A stretch of DNA of 64,000 nt from Squalus acanthias. Its lineage: Eukaryota. The stretch is from positions 70,186,001 to 70,250,000 of the forward strand of contig CM059438.1 of assembly GCA_030390025.1 (NCBI GenBank), read 5' to 3'. The notes beneath the pieces are model-generated. The model ran no database searches. It saw only the letters and a list, made by a program, of their open reading frames with translations, and was not told the origin of the DNA. The position numbers and the translations under genes are program-made. Positions 1-12,104 of this stretch are shown here, piece by piece (positions within the stretch are counted from its first letter, which is position 1; each line of letters opens with the position of its first letter).

Positions 1-68
1 CATGGAAGAAGATGAGAGTGGTCTGCATGGGTCCTGAATGCAGAGCAAAACAATAGGAGTATTTTTGT

Positions 69-202
69 ACAAAAGCAAAATACTGCGGCTGCTGGAAATC
101 TGAAATAAAAAGAGAAAATGCTGGAAATACTCAGCAGGTAGGTAGCATTTGTAGAGAGAGAAACAGAGTTAACGTTTCAGGTCGATGACTCTTCGTCAGA
201 AC
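69..202 (-). mobile_element. Penelope-like family A, 134-bp 3' terminal piece (hammerhead plus tail)
   Basis: Same sequence as the 3' ends of the GIY-YIG copies at 33.5 and 50.4 kb. Flanked by gagtatttttgt (57-68) and gagtatatttgt (203-214), an 11/12 TSD. Confidence 0.8.
167..202 (-). ncRNA. Minimal type I hammerhead ribozyme motif (family A), one stem II mismatch
   Basis: Minus strand reads gtt-CTGACGA-AGAGTC-ATC-GACCT-GAAA-CGTT-aact. Confidence 0.6.
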
Positions 203-1477
203 GAGTATATTTGTTCCTGTCTTTTTGTGTTCTTGTATGATTAGATCCATTCACAAAAATTAGTTTTTCCACAGTTTTGATTCTAGTTTTAATAAATAGA
301 ATGGTGGGTTGGCTGTTACTTAGATGAGAAAGTCACTGATTTCAATAATATAAAATAAGAGGAGAGCACCAGACAGCTGCTCATGGGGCTGTGCATAATA
401 GTTACATGGTACAACTTATAAGGTCTCCAATGTAACCGGGGAGGATCCTTGTGTAGTTAACAAAGTAGATATATTCAATTGTAAAGGATTTCAATGGAAT
501 TAGCTTGATTTCACTCTGTGTGACACTAGTATAATACGTGTAGCTTCATTTTGTTTGATGCAGCTGTTTTGCCCCAAAGCTGCTAAAGCTTCACATTTGG
601 AAAGCACTGTTTGAAGCCCAAACATCCTGTGTATTTGTCATTCTGATCTAAACCAATGCATTAACAGTAATGTGACAATGTTTCCTGTCATCAGTGAAGT
701 TAGTGATGCCCAGCACTGTAATCAGATGAAAGTATTACTCATACTATTAACGCTGAATTCTTTAGACGTGTTTTCAGACACTCCCACTCAATTGCCTATG
801 GAATAATTTTAAGATGTAATTATTAATTGAATAACAGCAATGCATTTAAATTATACTGAAACTATTCTTCTTTTGAGAAAGTAGTGTGAAGTGCCAAGGG
901 CCACAATGCAAGACATCATCAAGGCTGAAAAATGTAAATGGCAATGAGGAAAATCAATTAGCATTGTTTAGGTGATAGCAGGCTTTGCTTCTGACCTGCT
1001 TGTAAATATTTGCTTATTGTTCACTTTGTCATTCTTGTGTAAAACTATCGATATGTTCCCAGTTTGGTGCATGTTGGATAGCCCTCCCATAGTGAGACAT
1101 GGAAAAATCAACACTACAAATCCAATAAGCTTTTCATATACATGCAATGTTAATTGTAATTAATTAATGTTAATCTTCCTCCTTCCTGCATCCTCACTGT
1201 TGAAATTAAGACTCATCGCATCTTCTCCTCCCTTATGGCATCTATTCCAGGACCTGAAAACTGTACGGGCTCCTTGTGTCACTCGTTTTCTCCTTCCTTC
1301 TACAATCTTTAGGTTTTTAAAACCTAATCACCAAAGCACTACTAGTTAATTTTGCTTGTTGTTTTCCACTTTTTTCAGCCGTGGTAGTGTCCTACACTAT
1401 GTCCCTTGCTGTTCAAACTGATTTATCAATATATAAATAAAAAATACTTTTAGTATAATTCAAATGTATTGTTATTG

Positions 1478-4400
1478 CAGTGTTGTCCAATAGAAATCAC
1501 TGACTAGCCACAAGCATGGCTGTGGTGACACCATTTAGCCACATGCACTAATTTTAGTAGACACCTTACGGGTAAATGTACACGTATATTTACTTAAACA
1601 TCTACCATTATGCAGTCCGATTGTTTGCAGTCTTTCTCTTTCAGTAAAGTTTAGAATTCTGGCAATGAGTTTATCAGACACAGCACATCTGAGTACAGCT
1701 TCTAGGTTTTTGTCTTGCAGTTGCGAGTGCAACTTTGACTTCATCAGTGTGATCGCTGAGAACGTTGACTTGCACAGTGAGGCAAGCCAGACATAGGAAC
1801 ATAGAAACAGGAGTAGGCCATTAAGCCCCTCGAGCCTGTTCTGCCATTCAATGAGATCATGACTGATCTGCGACCTCACTCCATATACCCGCCTTTGGCC
1901 CATATCCTTTAATACCTTTGGTTAACAAAAAGCTATCAATCTCAGATTTAAAATTAACAATTGATCTAGCATCAATTGCTGTTTGCGGAAGAGAGTTCCA
2001 AACTTCTACCGCCCTTTGTGTGTCAAAGTGTTTCCTAATTTCACTCCTGAAAAGTCTGGCTCTACATTTTAGACTATGCCCCCAGTCCTAGAATCCCCAA
2101 CCAGCGGAAATAATTTCTCTCTATCTATCCTATCTGTTCCTCTTAATATCTTGAAAACTTTGATCAGATCACCCCTTAACCTTCTAAATTCTAGGGAATA
2201 CAACCCTAATTTGTGTAATCTCTCCTCATAACTTAACCCTTGAAGTCTGGGTATCATTCTGGTAAACCTACGCTGCACTCCCTCCAAGGCCAATATATCC
2301 TTCCTAAGGTGTGGTGCCCAGAACGGCACACAGTACTCCAGGTGTGGTCTAACCAGGGTTTTGTATAGCTGTAGCATAACTTCTACCCCCTTGTATTCTA
2401 GTCCTCTAGATATAAAGGCCAGCATTCCAGTAGCCTTTTTGATTATTTTCTGTACATGTTCATGACATTTTAATGATCCATGTACCTGGACCCCCAAGTC
2501 TCTTTGGACATCCACTGTTTTTAGCTTTTCACCATTTAGAAAGTACCCTGTTCTATCCTTTTTAGGTCCGAAGTGGATGACCTCACATTTGCTTACATTG
2601 AAATCCATTTGCCACAGTTTTGTCCATTCACTTAATCTATCAATATCCCTTTGTAATTTTATGCTTTCATCTACACTGCCTACAATGCCGCCTACCTTTG
2701 TGTCATCAGCAAATTTGGATATATGACTTTCTATGCCATCATCTAAGTCATTAATAAATATTGTGAATAGTTGAGGCCCCAACACAGATCCCTGCGGGAG
2801 ACCACTAGTCACATTCTGCCAATTTGAGTACCTACCCATTATCCCTACTCTTTGTCTCCTGCCACTCAGCCAATTTCCTAACCAGGTCAATAATTTGCCC
2901 TCAATTCTGTGGGCTTCTACCTTAGATAACAGTCTCTTATGTGGGACTTTATCAAATGCCTTCTGGAAGTCCATATAAATAACATCCATAGACATTCCCC
3001 TGTCCACTACTTCAGTCACCTCCTCGAAATATTCAATCAGGTTTGTCAGGCATGACCTACCTTTCACAAATCTATGCTGGCTCTCTCTGATCAACTGAAA
3101 ATGTTCGAGGTGTTCAGTCACCCTATTCTTAATTATAGACTCTAGCAATTTCCCGACAACAGATGTTAGGCTAACTGGTCTATAATTCCCTGGCTCCCTC
3201 GCTCGCCATTCTTAAATAGTGGAGTGGCATGTGTAATTTTCCAATCTAAAGGAACGGTTCCTGAATTGAGAGAACTTTGGAAGATTATAGTTAGGGCCTC
3301 TGCAATATGCTCACCTACTTCTTTTAAAACCCTGGGATGGAAACCATCTGGTCCTGGGGATTTGTCACTCTTTAGTGCCATTATTTTCTTCATTACTGTT
3401 ATTTTACTTATGTTAATTTTATTGAGTCCCTGTCCCCGATTCAATATTAGTTTCCTTGGGATATCCGGCATGCTATCCTCTTCTACTGTAAATACTGATG
3501 CAAAGTAGTTATTCAACATGGCCACCATTTCCTTATTATCATTGACAATATCACCAAATTCAATTTTTAAGGGGCCAACATTGCTCCTGACTACCCTCTT
3601 TTTCCTAATGTAATTGTAAAAATTCTTTGTATTGATTTTAATATCCCTTGCAAGTTTCTTTTCATGCTCCCTTTTTGTAGCTATTACTATTTGTTTTGTG
3701 ACCCTTTGCTGTTCTTTGTATCTTTCCCATTCTCCAGGATGTGTGCTATTTTTTGCATTTTTGTATGCATTTTCTTTTAGTTTTATACTGTCCTTTACCT
3801 CTTTAGTCGTCCATGGCTGTTTTTTTTGGCAAGTAGAGCTCTTGTCCCTCAGGGGTATAAATTGGTTCTGTATCACATTAAATTCTTTAAAAACAATCTC
3901 CCACTGATCTCCTGTTGTTTTACCTATTAACAGATTTGCCCAGTTTACTGTGGACATTCTCTACCTCATCCCGTTGAAGTCTGCCTGAACTAAATCTAGA
4001 ATCTTAGTAGCTGTTTCACATTTCTCCCTTTCAAACGCTACGTTGAACTTGATCATGTTATGATCGCTATTGGATAAATGTTCAGACACAGTTAGGCTGT
4101 TAAGTAAATTTGGCTCATTACTCATTACTAAATCTAATACGGCTTGCCCCCTTGTTGCCTCTAGGACATATTGTTGTAGAAAACTATCCCGGACACACTC
4201 AAGAAATTCACTACCTTTCTGACAGGTGCTAATCTGCTTATCTCAATCGATATGAAAGTTAAAAGCCCCCATTAAAACCACACTGCCTTTGCTACATGCT
4301 TGTATAATCTCTGCATTTATACAATCTAGCACTTCACAGCAGCTACCAGTGGTCCTATACACAACTCCCACTACAGTCTTAAATCCTTTCCTATTTCTTA

Positions 4401-5024
4401 ATTCTACCCATAAAGTCTCCAATGCCTGCTTACCTCTCTTTCTATCCTCTCTTATCATTGAAGTGATCACTACTCCCCTCTGCCATTTTCCCTAGCTTTC
4501 CTGTAGACCTTATAACCTGGTATATTCAGTTCCCAGTCCTGACCGTCAGACTTGGATGGATGCTCACTTTCCCTTTGCCATGACGTGCCCTGTTGGAGCT
4601 GATCACTATTTGCTGGCCTTGCTTACTTTTACTGGCCTGGATCGGTTATTCTAATCGGTGCAAGCTGACCATGATCGCAGCTGCCCTCTCCATACAAAGT
4701 TGCTGGTGTTTCCATGGTGTTGAAGTCCAGCGTTTTCACCCATGTTACACGCCATTTTAGCAGACAACCCATAAGCGGGAACCAAGGAAGTAAAGCACAC
4801 GCAATGATCAAAAAAACACTCTCACAATATGCTTTTCGTCTTACCATTTCAACAACAAATACAAAAAAAGGTTAAAGTACACATGTATACAATGTGTGAA
4901 TGAGTATTGAGATCACATGCCCAACTATTACTCATTTTTCATTTACTAATCAAAAATGCAATTAGCCACATATGGATTCTTAATTAACCACATGTGGCTA
5001 GTGGCTAATTTATTGACAATGTTG
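1478..5024 (-). mobile_element. hAT (Charlie/MER3-like) internally deleted DNA transposon, interrupted by a CR1
   Basis: Perfect 8-bp TSD tgttattg (1470-1477 and 5025-5032). Imperfect TIRs cagtgttgtccaata / tattgacaatgttg with subterminal tagccac repeats. Minus-strand peptide CKSTFSAITLMKSKLHSQLQDKNLEAVLR resembles the hAT C-terminal dimerisation domain. Confidence 0.8.
1793..4546 (-). mobile_element. CR1 LINE, 5'-truncated, frameshifted ORF2 (APE remainder plus RT)
   Basis: ORFs 2069-3148, 3166-3957 and 4243-4470 carry [24 protein letters not shown] and FADDTK motifs. The 3' tail with ctatgt repeats is near 1793. Confidence 0.95.
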
Positions 5025-6794
5025 TGTTATTGGATTTGTGTTTAAATGTTTTAACATTATTCCATAGGCAATGGAGTGAATGTGCCTGAAAATAAGTCTA
5101 AAGAATTCAGTGTTAACAGTATGAGCAATATTCTTAACTGATTGCAGTGCTTGGTATCATTCATTTTACCAGCATCTGCTATTCAAGATAATATAGTTAA
5201 TTGCCTTCCTTGCTTTCACATTATACATCACCTGAAAATGTTGGTTACTGTTAAATATGCTCTGCGATCGTTTTACTTTTCTCATTACTAAAAGGTTACA
5301 CTCATAACCAGCGCATCCGTGTGCTTGTTCTCCAATCAGATGATAACTGCTGACTTCCCTCCCCATAGCTTAACGGGTAGAGGCAACTCTTGGTGCAGCA
5401 GTTAGTGCTTTACATTTGACATCCGTGCCCTACATTACAACAGTGACTGCACTTCAAAAATTGGCTGTAAAGCACTTTGGGATGTCCTGAGGTTGTGAAT
5501 GATGCTATATAAATGCCATTTTTTCCCCACGTTCTTGAGAATGATTCCTTCCCCCTTTACCTTATTCCCAGCTATAAACCATAAGAAATGTATTGAAAAA
5601 TGTGCTGCGTTCGATCCACAGTCTGTGCTGTGTTAAAGTGCTTCTCGCTAGGTGGTGTTGACATGCTCCATCAGGAAAGCTCGCTAAATACAAATGACCC
5701 ACCCTCCTCCTGGCAGCAGTGCAGACCCACTTTTTTATATTGATCGTGTGACCTGCCATTGGAACAACAACCTCTTCCTCTAACCTGCGAAACACAGCAA
5801 ACTGGTTCAGGGTGAAATAGAATCACAACACGACCAAGTCAAAATCAGTCGCATAACTCTGCTGAATCACTGCCCGTTGAATCCTTATGAAGAGCTTCCC
5901 AAGGAATACGATGGTTTAGATAAGAACTTCTAATAGAATCCAAACTGTCCGCGGTTAGCTTTGGCCGAGAACCAGAGGATCCTCACCAGTTTGTGTTAGG
6001 CTTGGAATATTTGGAGGAAGCAAAGCGAAATAGAGAGAAGGAAGAGGGGGGAAAGCTGCAGCAGATAAAGCGGAAAGTGGCAGCAGAGTCAAATAAAAAC
6101 GTAAAGCAAAATTGAGCAAAAATGGCTGCGGAGAACCTGATACTGCTCGGGTAGGGACGGAGGGTGGAGGGAGGCAATGTACAGCAGCGTGGGATGCGAA
6201 CATTTCTGGAGGAGAGGCAAGAGGAATGAAAGAGGGGTGAGAATAAAGACTTCAAGGAGAGAAGATGGATGTACTGCTTGTTCTCTGCCAAAGACATACA
6301 TCCAAATAAACATAAAGTTTGATATTAGGGAATTGAGCTATAGAAATACTTCCTGACAAAGCCTCCTACATCTTCTGAATATTGATTGAAACAATGGGAA
6401 AGCAGAATGAGAACTGGTCTAGGTTTCAACAACATGTGATAGTTAATCACTCACCAGCAGCGGTAGCTCAGTGGAATCGGTCTCTCCTTCAGACTGAGCT
6501 CTTAGATTGAACAGCACAGAGCTATAATGCACAAGTGCCGTCAAATAATCTTGGCCAAAGCAGCAGCAATGCTACTACATTTGGGCTCACTGGCCCGACG
6601 TAGGGAGCTGCAAAATCACCCAGTGTTCCATTCTTGAGCACTATCAGTGACCCTTCTTGATGTCAGATTAAAACAAGGCTGTGCCTTATCCAAATTCAAA
6701 TAACTACGATCACTGCCTAGTCTCAGAGAGTGGCTGAAACCAGAGAATCCAGCAAATTTAAATTGGGGTTGCTGCCATGTGCTGAGAGGCCCAC

Positions 6795-8160
6795 ATAGAG
6801 TCATAACGGCACAGAAGGAGGCCATTCGGCCCATCGAGTCGGTGCCGGCTCTCTGTAGAGCAATCCAGTCAGTCCCATTCCCCCGCTCTATCCCCGTAGC
6901 CCTGCAAGTTTATTTCCCTCAAGTGCCTATCCAGTCTTCCCTTGAAAACATTTGGGGGGAGAAATTCGGTAACGCCCTGTTTGGGGCGCAATTATTGGCC
7001 GGGCACAAAGTTTAGTGCCTGGCGCTAATTATCGCCTCCGACTGCAAACTTGGCTTCTATCGCCCCTGGAGGTGATTGGAGCGCGTAATCAGGCGCTACA
7101 CACCTCTCTTAAGGCACTAACGCTGAGGAGCGAGGCACTACCTCAGAGTGCTGGTGAAGCTCATGTGATGTCAGTCAGCAATGGAACACAGACATACTGG
7201 CGCCGGCCAGTTCTTAAAGGGGAGGGTTGATCTTGCTCTCCATCCACACCCTGCTCATTGCAGCCTTCAGTCTCGGGCTGGAGAGACGAGACCTGTACAT
7301 CAAATCTGCTGGAAAGAACAATGGAGAGGCCCAAGGAAAAGAGCTCAGAGTGCAGCCCCCTAAGTCTCTTCTAAATCAATGCAAGGAAGCTCAAATCAAA
7401 ATGAACCTGCAAAGTGCTGCTCAGTACCCAAAACTCCTTCACACATCGTTGAATCTCTCCAGAGTCTCTCTCTCTCTCTCTCTCTCAGAATGCGTGGTGC
7501 AAAAATGTCGCCGACAAAAAAAGGCAGGATGCAGTCACCTTTAAATAGCGCTCCCCCAGCTCCTTCCCGACTGCAAAATGCTCCCCTCAACCTGTCGTTG
7601 CTCGCGGCAAGGCGACGCCACTCAATATCCGGTCCGGGGCGCTACCGGGGCGTTGCACGCTCGACTGACGTCACGATCTGCAGGTGCAGGAGATCGTGGC
7701 AGTGGTGTTCAGCGCCGCCGCCGCAAAATGCCTGGTCAATTTTGCGAGCGGTGCAAACATCGCCGCGCCCAGGCACTAGTTGTTTTTCGCCCCAGCTAAC
7801 AGGAGGTGCAAAGCAACCGAATTTTTCCCCAAGTGTCTCCGTTTCGACCACTTCCGTTGGCAGCGAATTCCAGGTCATCACCACTCGCTGTGTAAAAAAG
7901 TTTTTCTTCACATCCCCCCAGTTTCTCTTGCCCAAAACTTTAAATCTGTGTCCCCTAGTCCTTGTGCCATCAACTAGTGGGAACAGCCTTTCCCCGTCTA
8001 GCCTATCCAAACCCGTCATAATCTTGTACACCTCTATCAAATCACCCCTAAACCTCCTATGCTCCAATGAAAACAAATCCAGCTTCTCCAACCTGTCCTT
8101 GTAGCTAAGATCCCCCATCCCCAGAACCAGACTGGTAAATCTATGCACCCTCTCAAGGGC
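6795..8160 (-). mobile_element. CR1 3' fragment split by a MITE
   Basis: ORF2 C-terminal LFSLEHRRFRGDLIEVYKIM...TRGH...FFTQRVV; CR1 3' UTR at 6795-6950. Confidence 0.85.
6954..7830 (+). mobile_element. CpG-rich MITE (PIF/Harbinger-like, group M) inserted in CR1
   Basis: TIRs ggggagaaattcggt / accgaatttttcccc. Interrupts a CR1. Related to the copies at 17.9, 20.1 and 52.3 kb. TSD not clear in this copy. Confidence 0.75.
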
Positions 8161-8282
8161 CATGTTAGTAACCATTGGTTTTAACACCCCTTCAAGGCCA
8201 ATGTAGAAGCAGATAAAGAGGTACTGGAGGGCTGCTTGCACCTAAGGCATTACAGCCTCGCTAACAAATTCCTGTATTGAAA

Positions 8283-9870
8283 CACAGAATCATAGAATGG
8301 TACAGTACAGAAAGAGGCCATTCAGCCCATCGCGCCTGTGCTGGCTTTTTGACAGAGCTATCCAATTAGTCCCAGTCCCCGGCTCTGTCCCCATAGCCCT
8401 GTATTTTTTTTCCTTTAAGTATTTATCCAAATCACTTTTGGAAATTACTATTAAATCTGCTTCCACCACCCTTTCAGGCAATGAATTCCAGATCAATACA
8501 ACTCGCTGTGTAAATAAAATGTTTCCTCATGTCGCCTTGAGATCTTTTGCCTACCACCTTAAATCTGTGTCCTCTGGTTACTGAATCTTCTGCCACTGGA
8601 AACAGAATAAAGAAGGAGAAGCTATCAAAACCATTCATGATTTTGAATACCTCTATCAAATCTCCTCTTAACCTTCTCTGCTCTAAGGAGAACAACCCCA
8701 GCTTCTCCAGTGTTTCCACATAACTGAAGTCCCTCATCCCTTGTACCATTCTATAAATATTTTCTGCACCCTCTCTAAGGCCTTGACATCCTACCTAATA
8801 GGTGGCACCCAATTGAACACAATGCTCCAGCTGAGGCCTCACCAGTGTTTTATAAAGGGTTAGCATAAATTTTGTGCCCTGTCCCTCTATTCATTACGTC
8901 AAGAATCCCGTTTACCTTTTTAACGCCTTTCTCAACTTGTCCTGCCACCTTCAAAGATTTGTATGCATACACCCCCAAGTCTCTCTGTTCTTATACCCCC
9001 TTTAAAATTGTACTATTTAGTTTACATTACCTCTCCTCATTCTTCCTACCAAAATGTATCACCTTATACTTCTCTGTGTTAAATTTCATCTGCCATGTGT
9101 CTGCCCACTTCACCAGTCTATATCCTTCTGAAGTCTGTTATTATCCTTCTCGTTGTTTACTGCATTTTTGAGTTTCGTGTCATCCGCAAACTTTAAAATT
9201 ATGCTGTGTTTTAACCCAAGTCCAGCTCACTTATGAATCTTACACCCCCCAAAATAACAGCTAAACCTCAATTAAATTAAAAAAAAAAACCATCACATTA
9301 ATAAAATAAGTATAGTTAATTAAATTAACCATTTTAAATAAAAAATTAAATTTTTGAAAAAAATTAAAATCTTTTAAAAAGTTATAAAAATAAACTTACC
9401 TGTCTTTAAAGTCTATAAAAAAGATATACCTGTAAAAAAAAATTCAAAAAAATACTTAATTCACTACTTACCTTCTTAAAAGCGGGTCTTACTCCTCCTT
9501 TTTACATTTCCAAAATCTTCCCTACTTACCTGCGCGTCCAAAGCATGAAGTGCACAGCGTGCGCGCAGCCTGTAGCGCGCACGCGATGCACCCAGGCCCC
9601 GCCCCCCTTTTCGGAAGAGCAATTGCCGGTTTTCAGCGCATGCGCAGGGCATGCAGAAAACCGGCAATTGGAGTGGGAATACGCGAGAGTATGCAGTGCG
9701 TACTCTCGCGTCCCGGGATCAATTTTCGGCCCAATATATATCAAAAAGAGCATGGGTCTAATACCGACCCCTGGGGAACACCACTGTATACTTCCCTTCA
9801 GTCTGACAAACAACTGTTGACCACTACTCTCTGCTTTCTGTCCCTTAGCCAATTTTGTATCATTGTCTGA
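8283..9870 (-). mobile_element. Degenerate CR1 3' fragment split by a MITE at ~9235-9732
   Basis: LGLFSLEQRRLRGDLIEVFK peptide (ORF 8474-8749). RT-region sequence resumes at 9733. Confidence 0.85.
9235..9732 (-). mobile_element. One-ended fragment of MITE group Q
   Basis: Ends in aattttcggccc. Shares the ccggttttcagcgcatgc...gaaaaccgg hairpin and AT-rich segment with 58685-59932. Confidence 0.6.
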
Positions 9871-9894
9871 CATCCCTGTGTTGCATGTCAGTTA

Positions 9895-10115
9895 TCCTTT
9901 CTTCACACAAAGGGTAGTAGAAATTTGGAACTCTCTCTCCCAAAACGCTGCAGGTGCTAGGACAATTGGAGCTTTCAAGACTGAGATAGATAGATTTTTA
10001 TTAGGTATGGGGTTAGGGAGCAAAAACGTGTAAATGGAGTTGAGGTGCAGATCAGCCATGATCTAATTGAATGGTGGCGCAGTCTCCAGGGACTGACTCC
10101 TGTCCTAATATTACT
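9895..10115 (+). mobile_element. CR1 3' end fragment
   Basis: cttcacacaaagggtagtagaaatttggaactctct...cagatcagccatgatctaattgaatgg, matching the other CR1 3' ends in the window. Confidence 0.8.
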
Positions 10116-10122
10116 ATCCTAT

Positions 10123-10720
10123 TTATCATCATCTTCTTCTTCTTTCGTATGGTAGTAGCAAAGCAAATCAAATGTCAATATCTAAGTCAGATATCCAGGT
10201 CAAAGCTTCCAGTGTAACAGCGTGGATATCTTGTAGACTACCTGCGAATTTCCTCTGAGGGCAGTGCTCAGTGATGTGCTCCAGGGTCTGATTAGGAGCT
10301 CCACAGTCGCATGATGGGGATGCTTTAATCTTCCATCTATGGAGAAGGTGGCAGCATCTACCATGACCGGTTCTGAGGCAGTTGATGGTTGTCCACTGTT
10401 TGCGAGGAAGCTTTGTGGGGTCCTCTACAAGGAATCCATTCCGCATGTCACAGTTCTTCCAAGCATTTCGCCATCAGCCATCAAGGCTCAGGGGAGATCG
10501 CTGAAGGGTTTCGGCGATGGTCCAAAATGACCTACTAGATTTGAGACGGGTTGGTGGTAGGTTGTTCAAGTCGGCCTGGATCAGCATGTCTTTGCTGGTG
10601 TAGCGGTTATATTCTCTGGAAACTGTATATTCGTGGCGTAGGTGTAGTGGTGCGATGTTTGCAAGCACGGACAGCCAAGATGTTGGTGTCGATAAAAGTG
10701 CACCGGTGATAATTCTCATA
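10123..10720 (-). mobile_element. Non-LTR retrotransposon 3' fragment, probably RTE-X-like
   Basis: Peptides MRIITGALLSTPTSWLSVLANIAP and LRTGHGRC...CDCG...QT..HI...CP (C-terminal zinc knuckle), followed by a short 3' UTR and (gaa)n/(gat)n tail. Confidence 0.7.
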
Positions 10721-11194
10721 TCGAAAATACCAGGCGTAGTTTTTGATACCTTCTGTGTTTTGGTGTGGTTGTTTTGATCATTTGTAATTCTTTTGTTTAA
10801 AAGACTGCATCACTTTCATCTCCATGTAACAAAGAGACAGCATTAGCTTTATGTGTAAAACAGATCAAGCAGCAGTAAAAATACAAAAGTGTAGTGTTAA
10901 TTTCACCGTGAGGCCATTTGTCGAGCTCTTTAGCAGACATCTGTCAATGAAGAGGTTTAATGTGATGTGAAAACACAATTTAGTTTTGCATGTTAAAGCA
11001 AATGATTGAATTTGTTTGGAAGACATTACACTGAAACATCATTTCTTGTAATGCATTGTATTGTAATTGAAATGTGACAGTTTCGTGATCAGTGATTTAT
11101 TGAGAGTCTGGCACTGATGCCGTCTTTATCCTCCTTGTGCCAGACGTTTCTGGCATTGTTGAACTAACAACATACTGTGCTTGATGCATGGAGT

Positions 11195-11618
11195 GTCAGC
11201 CATGGCTCAGTGGGTAGCACTCTCGCCTCTGAATCAGAAGGTTGAGAGTTCAAATCCCACTCCAGACTTGAACACAAAAATCTAGGCTGACACTCTAGTC
11301 CAGTGCTGAGGCCGCACTGTCAGAGGTGCCGTCTTTCAGATGAGACGTTAAACCGAGGCCCCGTCTGCTCTCTCAGGTGGACGTAAAAGATCCCACGGCA
11401 CAATTTCGAAGAAGAGCAGGGGAGTTATCCCCGGTGTCCTGGCCAATATTTATCCCACAATCAATGCAGCAAAAAACGATTATCTGGTCATTATCGCATT
11501 GCTGTTTGTGGGAACTTGCTGTGCACGTTTCCTACATTACAACAATGACAACGCTATAAAGCGCTTTGGGACATCTTGAGGTTGTGAAAGGTGCTATATA
11601 AATGCAAGTCTTTCTTTT
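11195..11618 (+). mobile_element. tRNA-derived SINE with Deu-like central domain and L2-like tail (SacSINE1-like)
   Basis: A box tggctcagtggg, B box agttcaaatcc. Central gatgagacgttaaaccgaggccccgtctgc...aaagatccca. Tail aaagcgctttggg...gctatataaatgcaag. Confidence 0.85.
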
Positions 11619-12104
11619 CATGGAGATTGACGCTCCTGTTCCTGCCCCTTGAGGTATTGGGTTGTCTGGGTGCTGATTTTAGAGGAAAATCAGGTGAGGA
11701 GGATTGCACGCCTGTAACGGATCTGAACAAACTTTGTGCATTATGGATGGAAAATTGAGTGGTCTCCTTTACAGATGTGCAATCCTGCCCGGCCTGATTT
11801 TCCTCTATGCGTTCCATCCAGGAGATCCAAAAAAAATTATTATTTGAGGGCATAAATTGGCACAGCAGGCAGTGGAAACCAGTTTTCTAATCAATCAGCA
11901 GGGGTCAAAGTCAGAGGGTGGGGCCAATTCATTGGTACCTGTATATAGGTGGAGCTGTTGCTAAGCCCGAGACACTACACTAGTAGTGTCTCCCACCCTC
12001 CCACCTCCTCTAACCTTTAGGGGTAGAGGGAATTTAAAAGGTAGGTTCGATTTATATGTTGTTCTCAGGGACTTAACTTAATAAAGTAATATAAGGGTTA
12101 AGTC

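Noticed and set aside
7379..8241. 241-aa and 199-aa ORFs as novel genes
   Set aside because: Chimeric read-through of GC-rich MITE and CR1 sequence.
11200..11270. tRNA gene
   Set aside because: It is the tRNA-derived head of a SINE, continuous with the SINE body; same for ~30480-30550 and ~35640-35740.
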